DNA of 63,978 bases, filler included, from Choristocarpus tenellus KU-1152 (Eukaryota > Protista > Phaeophyceae), in NCBI GenBank assembly GCA_964200185.2. It is 13 parts of 13 records of this genome, joined end to end, with 100 filler letters (N's around TTAATTAATTAA, not from the genome) between each part and the next. Parts side by side here need not be neighbours in the genome. Positions count along the whole stretch, not along the records: positions 34,449 to 44,200 come from CAXNAD020003430.1; positions 44,301 to 49,270 come from CAXNAD020012326.1; 11 more parts are not named here. One strand, 5' to 3'. The position numbers and the translations under genes were made by a program. Shown piece after piece: positions 36,251 to 49,300 of the stretch. Numbering within the stretch: position 1 is the stretch's first letter; the number at the start of each line of letters is the position of its first letter. Below the pieces are notes generated by a model. That model worked only from the letters and a program-made list of their open reading frames with translations, ran no database searches and was not told the origin of the DNA.

Positions 36251-38499
36251 CCACACGATCAATGGCTCAAAGTATCTGGGTGGGGTTGGCGGCTGTCCAT
36301 TTGGGGCCCATTTTTCCATGTCGCGTTTTTTTAGTGTTTTGGTTGCATGCGTTGAATGGATAAAGTAAGTGCACTTTTCCTGGTCAGGACCCAAATAGAC
36401 ACCCTGGTGTAGGCCCCCCCCCCCCCTCCCCCCCAGATACTTTGACCAAACATCGTGCGCATCATGCGAAATCTTGAAAATAATTTATGCATTTGGGCAA
36501 CCAAGGAGTAAGAAGGGTTTTGAATGCACGACTCCATTCTGGACATCTGGTTACGGTCCTTCATGGCCCTTTCCTTGCCCTCCTTAGATGAATCTACTGG
36601 TTGACCCCTCGCACTGTTGCTATCGTGGTCAAATCTTGTGGTGTGGATATACTGTAGGAGGAATGAGAAATTGATTCCTCCCAGTGGGATCATGGAACCA
36701 AAGTCCATTCGACCAACACTCTGGTTGTGGTCCATGACCTTGCCGTCACATGCCTTCACCAGGTGGGTGGTAGAGGTGAAGCCGGGTCCAAATCTGTGAC
36801 TTGCCCTTGAAACACTGCTGTCATAGATGCTGTGGGCAGTGTCTCCTTAAACTCCTGTCGCCTATTGGGGTTGAATCTGCATACATTTCCCTACCTGCAT
36901 CTCTCCCCCCTCCAGAAAATCAGAATAGCACCAGATGGAACTCCTTTAAATCTGTCCTGAATTTGCTTTCTTGTCTTGTTGGCTATTGGTCATCCTATCC
37001 AACCCCGGACAATTGGGTGCGTTTTGCGTAACAGTATCCTCCTCCTTTGTCATTGGACTCATGCATTCTTTCCCCCCTTTTTCTCACATCTCCCCCACTA
37101 TGACCATTGCCACCTCTGGCTTTAGTTTCCATAAGTTCCCTGAGCAGAGTCTCTGGTGGAGTCCCCATCTGCTCCCTGATCATACCATGAGTTCTTTTCA
37201 CCTTGGGCCGTGGAGGTTGACACCAATTTATCATCTGTCCAATGTTCTCCCTCATTTCTCCCGATGCTACCACATCAATCTCCTTGCACCACAATTGTAG
37301 GTCCCACATGATTCCTATATGGAGTTCTGTAACAATACTTCCAAATCTCCACCATCCATGTGAAGGACCTCATATCGTATTGACATATAAGCAAAAATAT
37401 ATGACTATGGGATTGGAGGTCATTTATGAGTTCCCCAACTCGGTCTTTTCTCTCTTTCTCATCTCGTTCTAGAATGTCCATACTGCCTGCACCAGTAGCA
37501 ATACTTCTTGTCGATTTTGTCTTGCCTGATTCACGCTCTGTTCTGATTGCTGGGGGAGGGGGGCCCTGAAACAAGTCACAAAAACCCTGACACGATCACT
37601 GCTTAATATTGAGCAGGGCCACGCTCTTCCAGCACGTTTTGCAATGTTGTCTTCATCGCACTCGATGACATCAACCTTTGGCTCAAAGTATCAGGAGGGG
37701 GGAGGACGACTGTGCATTCGGGGCCCATTTTTCAATGTCGCGATTTTTGGGTGATTTGACTGCATGCATCGGTTGGATAAAGTAAGTGCACTTTTCCTGG
37801 TCAGGGTCTGAATGGACACCCTGGTGTAGTCCCCCCCCCACACACGGTGAGTCTTTCAAACATCCCTCCTCGAAGCAGTGCTAATCTGATCCATGTCACG
37901 CTTGAGAACTGCTCTGTTCAAATAGTAGCCCCCACCTTTATAGTCGCCAGCTCTAATTGCTGGGATACAATGTCCAGTGTCTTCCTCCTAAACTTCTACA
38001 ACGAGTCCTTTTCTTCTTCACTTGCCCCTGCTTGTTTCCTTAGTGTTGTCCTAGTGAGCCTCACTACCTCCTGTCTGAGTGGCGTTTCTCATTGGACTGC
38101 TCCTCCAAGGTATCGATTAGTTTCTGCAGCTCCTGTCGATTATCGACACGTCTCTGTACGATGCTTTCTTGTTCCGTCCTTCCCCGTACTTCTCTTCTTC
38201 ATCCCATTCCTGGTTCTCCCCTGGGCGGAGTTCTTCATCTCCCGTTCCTTGGTCCATGTGTGTCCCTCATTCTTTACTCTCCCTCCCGACTCTTCCGCCT
38301 CTTTTCCTTTCAGGATTTTGCATGCACCCTCGTTCTTCCTCCTCCACTGGGTCAACGTCTGCCCCCTCTCCTTTCTTCATTTTTGGTTGTCGTTCAATTG
38401 GTGGTTTTCTGGATCTGTCTTGTCTTTGAATTTCCTTATCAGAATTGAAATTGTCCATCCTATGTCCGCACGATCAAGATCGTGCGCATCGCGCGAAAT
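36251..38499 (-). mobile_element. Unclassified decayed element bounded by ~35-bp direct repeats containing a hairpin
   Basis: ccgcacgatcaagatcgtgcgcatcgcgcgaaat at 38466-38499 and a homologue at 36251-36473 split by a MITE; broken purine-rich minus-strand ORFs start at ATG 38458. Confidence 0.4.
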
Positions 38500-38635
38500 A
38501 TCAATAGGATTTTATTTTGTAGGGAAGTGATAAAAGGGTTTGATTGAAGGGGAGGTGGGGGTCTTGAGGGGTGCGCTTGTTTCTTCTTTATAGAAAGAGA
38601 CGCACTTTGCAGGGAGGGTATACTGCAGTGTGGGA

Positions 38636-38740
38636 ATGTCTTCTTCGGTTGAGGAGCCGCTAGATTTGATTCGCTTGTCCCTTGACGAAAGGATATACGT
38701 CAAGTGCAGGGGGGAGAGAGAGTTGAGGGGAAAGCTGCAC
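38636..38740 (+). CDS. LSM3: U6 snRNA-associated Sm-like protein LSm3, exon 1
   Basis: [35 protein letters not shown]|gtgagt. Not in the ORF track. Confidence 0.97.
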
Positions 38741-39456
38741 GTGAGTCGAGAAATCTAGTTTTTTTGAGAGTGGTGTAGACTTGGTTTACTCCTGCATCTT
38801 TGCTGCGCCAAACCAGATTTTTTCGCTTTCTTTCGCTGGCAAGGTACTGCCAAGATTGAAGCCAACCTGTTAGGTGTTTTCTGCTAGAAGAACGATCTTC
38901 AGGATTGGTTTGAGAAGGTGAAGATAGTGCATTAGAAAAGATACCTATGGTCTTTGGGCAACGTTCTATGTGTTGGTGATGGCTCATCCATCGACAGTAC
39001 GATTTCACTTTGACTCCTGGCTGAACTCCCTTATGTTCGTGGAGTTGTTGCAAGGGCGTGTGAGGATCGTGTCTGTCTACTAATCCCTTGGAATTCACAT
39101 TTTACGAATATTTAAAGCTTTCCAGTTCCTGCCGAATTAGACCTAGACTTGCAGTAATTTTGGTACTACGGACTTTTCTCCTCACGAGACACACTACAAG
39201 CGTTGTATTCCCTCGATCCTTGCGTGCGCAGATCCTTCATCTTGGCATTCCAGGTGGACAATATGCCAAGGTAGGAAGTCCAAATGTATGCATCGTGTTT
39301 GTTCATTTTAATAGGGATTCTCTTTTTCGCCACAAGCTGGTGCAGAGTCTGTCGGATGGACCACCCCTCGCATTTTGTCTTTGACGGTGTCTACCTTGTG
39401 AATCTGCTTGTCCCTGCCTGTCCCTGCCTGTCCTTGCCTGTCCCTGCTCCCTGCAG

Positions 39457-39552
39457 TCATACGACCAACATTTGAACATGGTCTTGGGAGATGTGGAAGA
39501 AACAGTGACAACTGTTGAGGTGGACGAGGATACTTACGAAGAGATTGTTCGG
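39457..39552 (+). CDS. LSM3: LSm3 exon 2
   Basis: ctgcag|[32 protein letters not shown]|gtgag, phase 0/0. Confidence 0.97.
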
Positions 39553-40770
39553 GTGAGATGATGACTTTTCTTCATGGGCATATATGATACGATACATTAT
39601 CCTCATCACGTCACACTTTGTAGTAAACTGCAACATGTCTGCTTAGAGCCCCTTTCGAAATGTGCTACAGAAAGAGATTCCAAACCTTTGTGATGTACCC
39701 ATGTTCAAGGTACTGAATTGGAAAATGGCAGTGAAAAACCTGGGAGGCCTCTGTATTGTGTTCAAGACGAGGATGTTTTATTCACTTGTTCCGATCTGTT
39801 TGGGTATTTTTTTGAATTCTATCCTAGACAACTATGTAGTGTTGACTCCAAGATATAAATTACGTATTACAAAGGGCTCTAAAATAAATGTCAAAGTCAG
39901 GGTGAAGGTTAGGGCTCAAGCTTGTTGTGGCATCTGCCTAAGTTTAGCAAATTGAACTATGGTTGATGTGGATTGAGAGAAAGTAAAGAAGCTATGTGTG
40001 GGTTTCATTGCTTTTCAGTATTCTCTACAACCAAAACTATTGTTCTCGCCCTGCCCTTGCAACATTTTTTCAATTGTAGGGGTTTAATTTCTGACAAGAA
40101 GGATTGTGTCCCCCCCATCGACCCTCGCATTCCTTTTTTCAAGGGCCATGGTAGGTAACACCAATTATATACTAACCCTAACCCTAACCCTAACAAGGAT
40201 TATAATTTTTTTGTTATCGTCATATTAGTCTTAGTGGTCTCAAACCTGTGATCAAGGTAGAGGAAAAGCTCTAAGACCATACCAATAGGAATTAGAGTGT
40301 GTAGAAATATGAAAAGGAAATGTATGGCAGACATTTTTTTTTTGTGTAGCCAAGAAGGGTAGTCAAGCAAACCCAGGCACTGCATACTAGCCCCCAATAG
40401 CTGGCACTGGACTTCAATTTTTTTTTAACACATTGGAAGGTCCTATACGAAATAGAGGATGAATGGAGAGCTTTGTTCCACTCTTTTCTTTTGTTTGTGT
40501 TCATATATCCTGTGTAGAGAAGGTAAGGCCATGATGCTTGTTGATGGAAAGTAAATCACCGCACAATTTAGAGGCAATACTTAAACAGCTGCCTTTCACA
40601 TTTGTAGCAACTCCCCCTTTCTCTTCCTTTGTGGATAATTTCTGCTGCAGTCATGTATCTTGTTTTGAACATGGTTTCCATCTTAGAACGTCATCATTTG
40701 TGCCCTGCAATGTCACCCACGTCTTACTTCTGCCCCACCACCTATCACCTTTCCTTCCTTTTTCCTGCAG

Positions 40771-40851
40771 ACTTCTAAACGAAGTATTGAGATGCTGTTT
40801 GTTAGGGGGGATGTTGTCATCTTGGTGTCGCCACCACTGCGCACAACATAG
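40771..40851 (+). CDS. LSM3: LSm3 exon 3 (93-aa protein in total)
   Basis: ctgcag|TSKRSIEMLFVRGDVVILVSPPLRTT*; Sm2 motif LFVRGD. Confidence 0.97.
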   Translation, partial: TSKRSIEMLFVRGDVVILVSPPLRTT

Positions 40852-42663
40852 TCAAGTGACACCGTTGAGTTGAGCCAAAGAGTGTCTCTAGCTTGAATGT
40901 ATGATCATCAAAGGTTGGACAACATCACAGTTGCAGCCATCCTCTAACACTTCCCTTAACTGGCCTTTGTGTGGCTTACTAGGGTCTGGGTGGATTGTTT
41001 TTAAGGTACCACATAACCCTAACCCTAAGCATCACAGTAGCACGAGGTACGCCAAGGATAAAAGCTTGCAAGTGTAGAGAACAAGGCTGATTGTGCCGTT
41101 TTGTTTTCTCCAGGGTATCAGCATTTTGGTGCTTGCACTGGTATGAATCGTGGACCATGCACAACATCTAATCTGATAGGGAGCAAAGCTTCTTAGGTGC
41201 ATGACTGATGCTCTTGTTACTATATATTCAATTCAGTTCATGATGTGGTTGCATTGATAGAACTCCTGTATCTGCTTAGTCTGATACTGTTGTTTCTGCT
41301 TGCCTGACCCTCTAATTTTGCTTGAGGGTCTTTGTGCTCCTTGGTATAGGTGCTGCAGTTCATATGTGTCCTCTACTTACCCAGTCATCTGTTTGTTGCT
41401 CTCCCAAAGAAGTGAACTTGATATCATGTGGGAGTGAGGGCACTACTCCAAATGCATTCTCACAGCATATTATGGTGGCAAGATTGTGTCAAGTGTCTAT
41501 AAACTACACAGGTGCATGTGGTATCTGTATCCAGTGCCATGAAGCCTGGACCCTTATAGTAAGGGGTCCCAATGTCAAGAGAGTTTGTATGTTATGTGCA
41601 AGAAGAGGAGCCTTTCTGTTTGTTTGTCTGGCCCTTCTCCAAGCTCCACTATATTTATTGATGTGCTGATTTGTCAATAGTTTGATTATTTGATTGTGCA
41701 TTGATGATATCTTCCTGTTCAAGAGTAGGATAATGACAATGTCGACCATTGTATTATCTTGGCATATTAGCAGACAGTGCGTGGCAAGTGTCGAGACGAC
41801 TTAGGGTACTTCGCAACAAGTAAAATGTTCAATAGTGTGGCAGCATTGTGAATGCAATGCACAACAATACAACACAAAGCGCAACAATACAGTACACATG
41901 GACTACTTCCAGCATCAACTGAGGATGTAAGCAGCAATATTCACAATCAAATCCACTCAGGAATTACAGTGACATGATCCCCACAGCATAGGCAACCCTT
42001 GTGTCTTGGCAAGTGGAAGCTGAAGGATATGTGGCCCACCTTGCTCTATACCAAGTTGTCATTCCTGACACCTGCCAACCCTAAACCAGAACACTCTGAA
42101 CCACATCAAGGCTCATACCACCACCTGATGGTGTGTGACGTTCATTCCATCAACCTGGGATTCGTTCCCTCTATTGTGTCATATTTTGCTTGTCCCAAAA
42201 CATTTCACCAACTCCACGGTCAGATCGGCTTTTTTGTAGTACTATGTTCTCCCCATCCAAAATGAATTCCTAGCCACTGCCTTTCTTTGTCTCCTTTTTG
42301 CTATCCTTGCTCTTGGCAGTATTGCCTGGTGCAGGGAACTCTGTTCTTGTACTGCCATCTGTTCCCTCTCTGCAAGTCAATCCATCTTGCTCATTTGTCA
42401 GTCCCCATTAGGTCCAATGTTGGCTCCCTTTCCATAACCCACCGTTGATGAGCACTTCTGTCTTCATGTTACTGTACAAGTTTGTTTCAACGAGTCCAAT
42501 GGCCAACTGCTTGTTATTGCTTGTTTCAGACTTAAATGCATTTGACCATTGTGAAAGCTATTGCTTCCCTATCAATATAGGTTGACTCCCTCTGTGACTG
42601 TATGTCAACTGTCCTTCTCGACATTCTTGACTAGGTTACCTTCTTCAAGTCTTGCCACTCATT

Positions 42664-43740
42664 TCAATTGGTGTTTTCATCACCACTTTTAGTCACTCTA
42701 GTATTATCAATCATGGTGGTTGTTTCTCTGCCAATGCTTGCTGCTACCTCACTGTCTTTGCTTGCTTCAGATATAGGTGTATTAGGTGGCCCTTGCTTGT
42801 CATTGCCCCCCTCTACACAAATTTGTCTTTCTTGCTGCTCTCTATCCTTGTTAGTGTCCATCACTAATTCACTGACTTTCTTGTCACAACCCGATGACCC
42901 TTCCCATATCTCCATGTCCTTATTAGCATCCTTGGCCAACTCACTAATTTTCTCGTCAATACCTGATGACTCTTCCTGTGTCTCCATGTCCTTGTTAGTA
43001 TCCTTGGTCAACTCACTAATTTTCTTGTCACAACCCGATGACCCTTCCTGTGTCTCCATGTCCTTGTTAGCATCCTTGGCCAACTCACTAGTTTTCTTGT
43101 CACAGCCCGATGACTCTTCCTGTGACTCGGTAACCTTGTTTGAGTCCTTGGTCAACTCAATAGCTTTCTTGTCATTTCCTAAGGACTCTTCTTGCGACTC
43201 TATGTCCTTGTTGGCATCTTTGATCAATCCATTAACTATCTTGTCACGACTCAACGACCCTTCCTGTGACTCGCTATCCTTGTTAGAGTCCTCGGCCAAC
43301 TCAGTAGATTTCTTGTCATTACCCAAAGACTCTTCTTGCGACTCTATATTCTTGTTGGCATCTTTGATCAACCCATTTGCTTTCTTGTCACAAACCACCG
43401 GTTCACCACTTATGTCCTCGATATTGATGCCTGTTGGACCAATATCCATAACAATATTATCTTTTTCTTTGCCCACGGTTGTCCCTGTATCTTTGTTCAA
43501 GTCAGATCCTGAAGAAGTTGACAATCTTGCTGTAGATGTGTTTTCAACCGTGGAGAGAGATGCTTCTCCCTCGTCAGGTGATTTGCTAGTGGTAGGAGGG
43601 GTGGTGCTGGCAGTGACAGAGATTGCAGTTTTGTCGGACAACTCTTTCGTGACAAGGGGTGTGTCACTGCCTTGAGCATGGCTTGAACCCATGAGTTCCT
43701 GTGGCGGTTGCTCCTCCAGTTCAGTAGTCAACAGCATGGT
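42664..43740 (-). CDS. Large acidic S/T/K/E-rich exon or ORF with about 8 tandem 24-aa (72-bp) repeats; function unknown
   Basis: 384-codon open frame, unit KDANKDMESQEESSGCDKKISELA; possible acceptor caccag at ~43741. Confidence 0.55.
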   Translation of the reverse strand, partial: TMLLTTELEEQPPQELMGSSHAQGSDTPLVTKELSDKTAISVTASTTPPTTSKSPDEGEASLSTVENTSTARLSTSSGSDLNKDTGTTVGKEKDNIVMDIGPTGINIEDISGEPVVCDKKANGLIKDANKNIESQEESLGNDKKSTELAEDSNKDSESQEGSLSRDKIVNGLIKDANKDIESQEESLGNDKKAIELTKDSNKVTESQEESSGCDKKTSELAKDANKDMETQEGSSGCDKKISELTKDTNKDMETQEESSGIDEKISELAKDANKDMEIWEGSSGCDKKVSELVMDTNKDREQQERQICVEGGNDKQGPPNTPISEASKDSEVAASIGRETTTMIDNTRVTKSGDENTN

Positions 43741-45432
43741 CTGGTGACGGGCAGCAAGTAAGTGTAGTAAAACGGTATTGTTTAAGGTTGAGGATGTCCC
43801 TCTACTCTGCTTTGGCACACTCTTTTTAGGACAATTTATCTAGATCTTTCGTCTTTATAGGCACAACAATAATAGAGACTATGGTATACTCAAGCGTGTT
43901 TTCTCGCCTTCTTCAAGTCCTCTCTCTCGCCTTGTTTGCCTTTGACTATCCCTGCCTTTATCATGTACCTGTGGCGGTGAACAAGAACGCCAGCGTAAGT
44001 TTAGGGGCTATTGAACTACAATATGTGAGTTATGCCAACGTTGGGGTAGAGGGTATGGAAGATATAGATGCAGAGCGACATTTACAGACTGGCTATTATG
44101 ATGTTGCTATTAGGCAATAAGATGCATTTACTACCCTGCACTATCTCCTCCTACTCCTCCAATACCCAAACACATTGACCCAAAGTATCTGGGGGGGGGG
44201 NNNNNNNNNNNNNNNNNNNNNNNNNNNNNNNNNNNNNNNNNNNNTTAATTAATTAANNNNNNNNNNNNNNNNNNNNNNNNNNNNNNNNNNNNNNNNNNNN
44301 CACTCTTGATCCTTGCCCTGTCACAACTAAGGGCCAAACCCTGTACTTCATCTCAAGAATCCCCACACATTCCAACATCGGTCTTGGCTACCTTCTTCCC
44401 CTACCCAAGATGTTTATCTCTTGATCCCCCTCTCCGGTCCTCCTATCCCTTATAACCTCCTTCTCCTATCTCTAGTCAGCCCAGCCAACCCCCACTGTGG
44501 TGTTAATACCAACAGGTACTTCAGCCAACACAAAAGAAGGCCAAGCAAGGGCAGATCTCATAGGACTTGTGAACCAGTTGTCCTATCTGTGCTTTACACA
44601 TTTCTATATAATCTCCTCCAACACTAGGCCCAGTCTCCAGTATAACATCTGTCTGTGGACTATGGGTGAACCATAGAGTCTGATTATCCCATACACTCGC
44701 CATTAGGACCTACCACCCCAGGCTATACCTTCCACCAAAACTCCATCTCAGAGCACCTGACTACACAACTCATTATCATACTCTGTAGGTATCTACAGGA
44801 ATTTGGCGTACACCAATCCCCACGTTCGTTTCAATCCACGATACCTTCTGCATCATTAACTTGTCGAATAGCCTAGTGTTATCATTACGTTGTCTGTGCT
44901 GATACAAGTATATAACATAGGTTTCATGTACGTTTACATTTGGTTTGGTATAATAATACAAGTTGTAATGTGCAAACGGTATGATAAGCAACGGTATGAG
45001 GAGTCAGTGTTCATACATATTTATATTATTGTGCCCTCTGAGATTTTGCAGATGTGTCAGGGGAACACCAACGAAAACTATTCACATGTCAGTATAAACT
45101 CTAAAGAAGTAAATTATGTCACAAATGTGAGAAACACTAATCTATTTGTTATTTAACTATGTCAAAGGTACAAAGGGTTGTGAGTGAAAGTATCGTAGAG
45201 GGTACGAGTTTTGCCCTGTTTGTCCACTTGGGGCTTGACTTCCCATGGACGTTTTTATGACATGTAGCTCTGTCTTCCACGGAGAGAGAGTATATAGCCC
45301 TTAGCAGTGTGGCACAGGAATTGCTTTTCTTGAGAAGTGTTTTTTAGTTAATTCAGTCACAGTTTCCTAGGCGTTGCATTGACTTGTTAGACGACAACAA
45401 CGGTGCATGCAAACTAGTACGAGATGCCACAA

Positions 45433-45690
45433 GAGTGAAAGTATTTTAGAGAGTACAAGTATTGCCCTGTTTGTCCATTTGGGGCTTGGCTTCCCATAGG
45501 GTTTTTTTCGGACATGTTCTACTCCAAAATGTTTCGGAGAAGGTCAAATGTATATGTTGTGAAAAGGTGTGTCTGGAACAAGGATATTGACACTTCCTAC
45601 AAACATGATAGTCAAAATTACATCAAGAACGCAAAATTGGATATTGGCCCCCAAATGGACGCGGCCCTACCCTCTAAGATACTTTGACCC
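45433..45690. mobile_element. MITE family A inserted in Copia RNase H, 4-bp TSD ACAA
   Basis: Removing the element plus one acaa restores the frame (RDATSSTGTNHIDVRH). Confidence 0.92.
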
Positions 45691-45927
45691 ACAAGCTCTA
45701 CTGGAACAAATCACATTGATGTTCGACACCGCTTTTCTGAGGGACTTATCTAGAAAAGGAGAAATGCGTGTTGTTTTTGCTGGTACTGCCAACCAGAGGG
45801 CTGACGTTTCAACCAAGAATTTTCCAGTCCGAGCTTTTAGACAACATGCGTAGTTTTTATTGAACATGTAAGGAACATTGTGTGTGTGCTTGTTTTTTGG
45901 TTACTGATGCGATTGTTTGAGAGTAAA

Positions 45928-46355
45928 TGTTATAGGCGAATAGCGTCAGCATTTATTTTCGTGTTCTAGCGAGCGTGACCAGTATACGAGATTCGTAGCA
46001 CATAAGTAGCCTTAAAGAATCAATGCTGATTTCTTAGAAGTTGCAGGAAAGATTTGCAATTTGAGTACGTATGCAACGGTTGGCAGATGCCTTTAAATTT
46101 GTATTCGGTAGAATTCTGGTGGATGATGCAAACATAAATTACTTTGACTGTCACCAAAGTACATCATGACCCACTCTTTTTATCTCGATTAAACCTTAAG
46201 TCAAGCATGGAGCTGAGCACTGATTGAAGCATCGAGAGAAGGTTAGCTGACACCCATTCATGGGTATGGACTGTGGACCCCCTTAGCGTCGTCTTAAGAT
46301 CGTTGGATTTGAGTTGCACATCCTGTGGAGGTGAGTTCTGGAGCGCGCTGTAACA
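45928..46355 (+). mobile_element. Solo LTR of the 11447-11913 / 29601 family, inside the Copia 3' UTR
   Basis: tgttataggcgaatagcg...gagcgcgctgtaaca; TG...CA ends with a short inverted repeat; no clean TSD. Confidence 0.75.
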
Positions 46356-49300
46356 AGAATACTTGTTTTCAGCAAGGGGAGGATGTCGAATAACCTAGTG
46401 TTATCTTTGTCTGCGTTGACAGAAGTATATATTTAATATATAACATAGTTTTAATTGTGATTACCAACGTCATACTTTCATTCCACGTGATCGACCTACA
46501 TGTGGTAATTTGTCTAGCGTTTTACCACCAACATCCAGACGCCCTGAACTCACGCATGGGCACAAATCTTGAGGACAACATAAATGCACCTCGACTTTGA
46601 AATTTTTGGTAGTTGCCTTCTTTTTTGTACTTCTGTAATCCGTGTTGGGCATGTGTCTACTGTCCCCCACACAACCTACATCGATTTATGCGACCACCCC
46701 CCACAAAATAAAACACCGATTCGACACGTTCCCAAGTACATGTGCCCCTGCACGATACCGTACAAACCAATGGAGGCTGACACGTTGTAGTACGATATAT
46801 GAGGTATTTGAGGCTTGTCGTCATAAATGTTTTTAGGACCATACCGTTGAAATCTGCGTCAAAATGTTTGACAACCTCTGCACACAAACGAATTTATTAC
46901 ATTAACCTTAGTTTTTGTCGAGAGCAGTATTACCACTGTCGACAAGGGGTGCTGTAATCAAGTCTATACCACACGGGTGTTTCACCCCTCGCAACCATGA
47001 TGGTCATACAATTGAAGAGGCCCACCATATGACGGTGGCTTTACATGAACAGGGCAATTAATTACCCGAAGAGTATTGAACACTACGGTAGTGCATCCCC
47101 CCTTCCCTGCGCACACCTCGGTCGTGAACATAATTACATCATAGCACACAATTCCCTGCATTTAGTACTCTATATTCAAATTGTTTCCAAAGCACAAGCT
47201 AATAGCGGTTAGACCATCATCACACCCTACCTCATGTACGTTTATATTTGGTTTGGTACAATACAAGTTTTAACCGCAAACGGTATGATAAGCAATGGTA
47301 TGATGAGGCAGTGTTCATACATACGTCAGTGATATTGGACACCTGGCGGGTAATTTATAATTTGGTGTATATGTTTTACCATGTAACTCAACTACCAGCT
47401 TTGGGTGACAAGCCTTTACATGTGCTAAGCTTCTCAACGTAACTACTATGTAGTCCTAATACTCTAGCGACATGATATAGAGCCATAGTATCAGGCACTT
47501 GAAGGGATCGGGCTGGTGTGGCAAAAAGCATTAGAATTCTCACTTTGAATCCCCTCTATACTTCTGGCATATGAATTAATGAAATTTACACACGTTGGAG
47601 GGTTCTTGAACACCGCATACCTCTCATCAATGATCATTCTGGTATCTTGTGAAATACATTGTTCAAGGAGGCCAATGCTGTACCTTGTAATACATCCTCT
47701 ACTTCCTTTAACACTTGTCCTCCTTCCTAGTGCACTCAAATCACTATAAATCCCATACTACAAGCTACCCTTCCCTCCCACCCTTCCGCAACATATGTAC
47801 TACTATCCTATCCTCCTGTCAAGAATTTGTTTGTACATGTGTAGGAATAAGATTTGAAGTGTGCAGATTGAATTGATTTCAAGTTGGGATTTATTGTTGG
47901 ACTGATTTGATTCTCCCTGCATAGCCATAGCAAGGGAGTGTGTCTAGGTTAATCTTGACCATTTGTGAGAATAAGATTTGAAGTAATATTTTATGTACAC
48001 GCACAGACGATGATGCGGGACATTAAGGATTTTCCGGCGGGGTATTTGGCCAGAAGTAATTGGCGGAATGTTAGAATTGGAGAGTTTCTGACGTGTACTA
48101 GAGAAATCTTGAGTCATTAATTGTAAGGATTGGTAAGCTCCATCTAGTGCTGGGGTCTCACCCTCTTCTCAACTGTGATACAAGCTAATAAACAATAATA
48201 TAACTGGTTGTCCGGGACAACAGATCATCAAGAACAGCTTAACAAATCCATTTCGGATCCCAAGAATCAGAATATGTACCTGTGAGTTTTCTCTGAGTTC
48301 TATACCAACCCAAAACGGCTACACATCAACTTTATTGCCAAAGACACTACGACCACCTTCATACTCTACGTTGGCAGGCTCCTCGATTTGTACTTTGACA
48401 TTGTTGACCCAATGGGTATGACTTAGCCACAACAGTGGTTGGCTGTCCAATCAGCCTCTGCACCTCCAATCATTCTTGTATCTGCATGTCCTTTCTTTCC
48501 TGACGTACTGCTTTTCAGTCGGATATAGAGCTCCAAGATACATTGGAAATTGTATTTAGGAGAAATTTCGATCATCTATTTTCCTTCTAATCGCGTAACC
48601 CCTATGCAATGGAGGAGGACGGCCAGGATCTTCCGCCCATGTTTTAGGAATCTGCCATGCACCTCCCTCCGTGATAATCAGATGATGTCCTTGATGAAAC
48701 CTGAATCGAACGCATCGTACATGTAAGTAAAACGGGTAGACTACGAGTGATTAGGAATCATGCAGTTGCAAAGCACTGATGAGTGATATGCATAGTATGT
48801 GTTGTGAATAGATGTGATTGTGTTGCAAAGGGTCGATGCATTTATTATGTTGTAACTGAGGTCATTGATTTCTCCGTAAAGAATGAGGCGATGTGAATTC
48901 AGTATTCTTGGTTGCTCAATCCAGAATGTGATGTGAATTCAGTGTTCTTTCATGAGATACTCAACGAGAGAGGTCCATGCTCTGTGGAGAGGCTTGTTAC
49001 CTTGGCTGGCAAGGGTTTCCGTGGATGGTCTTAACTCTGATTATACTACATCCATGTGTGCGTTAGGTATTCTTATTGCGGAGTGAGTTTTGTACATTAT
49101 GTGGGATCAATGACATCCAAGAAAGAAACAATAATCACAAATTAACATACAATTGTCATTTTCTGCTGATAAGAAGAAAGAGAGAGAAAAAAGGACAAAA
49201 CAAGAGAACAAGAGAACTTGAATCAATACGTGACCCAAAGTATCTGAGGGGGGGGGGGGGTCTACACCAGNNNNNNNNNNNNNNNNNNNNNNNNNNNNNN

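Larger units (their letters stand above)
44862..46944 (+). mobile_element. Heavily deleted Copia element: 5' LTR fragment (44862), RNase H (45264-45871), PPT (~46375-46383), 3' LTR (46384-46944)
   Basis: VALSSTEREYIAL...QELLFLR...DNNGA...HIDVRH...QRADVSTK; aaggggagga|tgtcga...tcgaca; tgtcgaataRcctagtgttatc present at both LTR starts. Confidence 0.8.

Noticed and set aside
37847-38530. 227-aa hydrophobic plus-strand ORF
   Set aside because: Complement of a purine-rich minus-strand segment; the hydrophobicity is compositional.
42668-43675. 335-aa plus-strand ORF
   Set aside because: Antisense shadow of the 72-bp repeat ORF; its Ser/Leu-rich composition is expected from the opposite strand.
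47491-47739. ORF with a faint SET-like NFINS motif
   Set aside because: Key SET residues are absent and there is no splice support.
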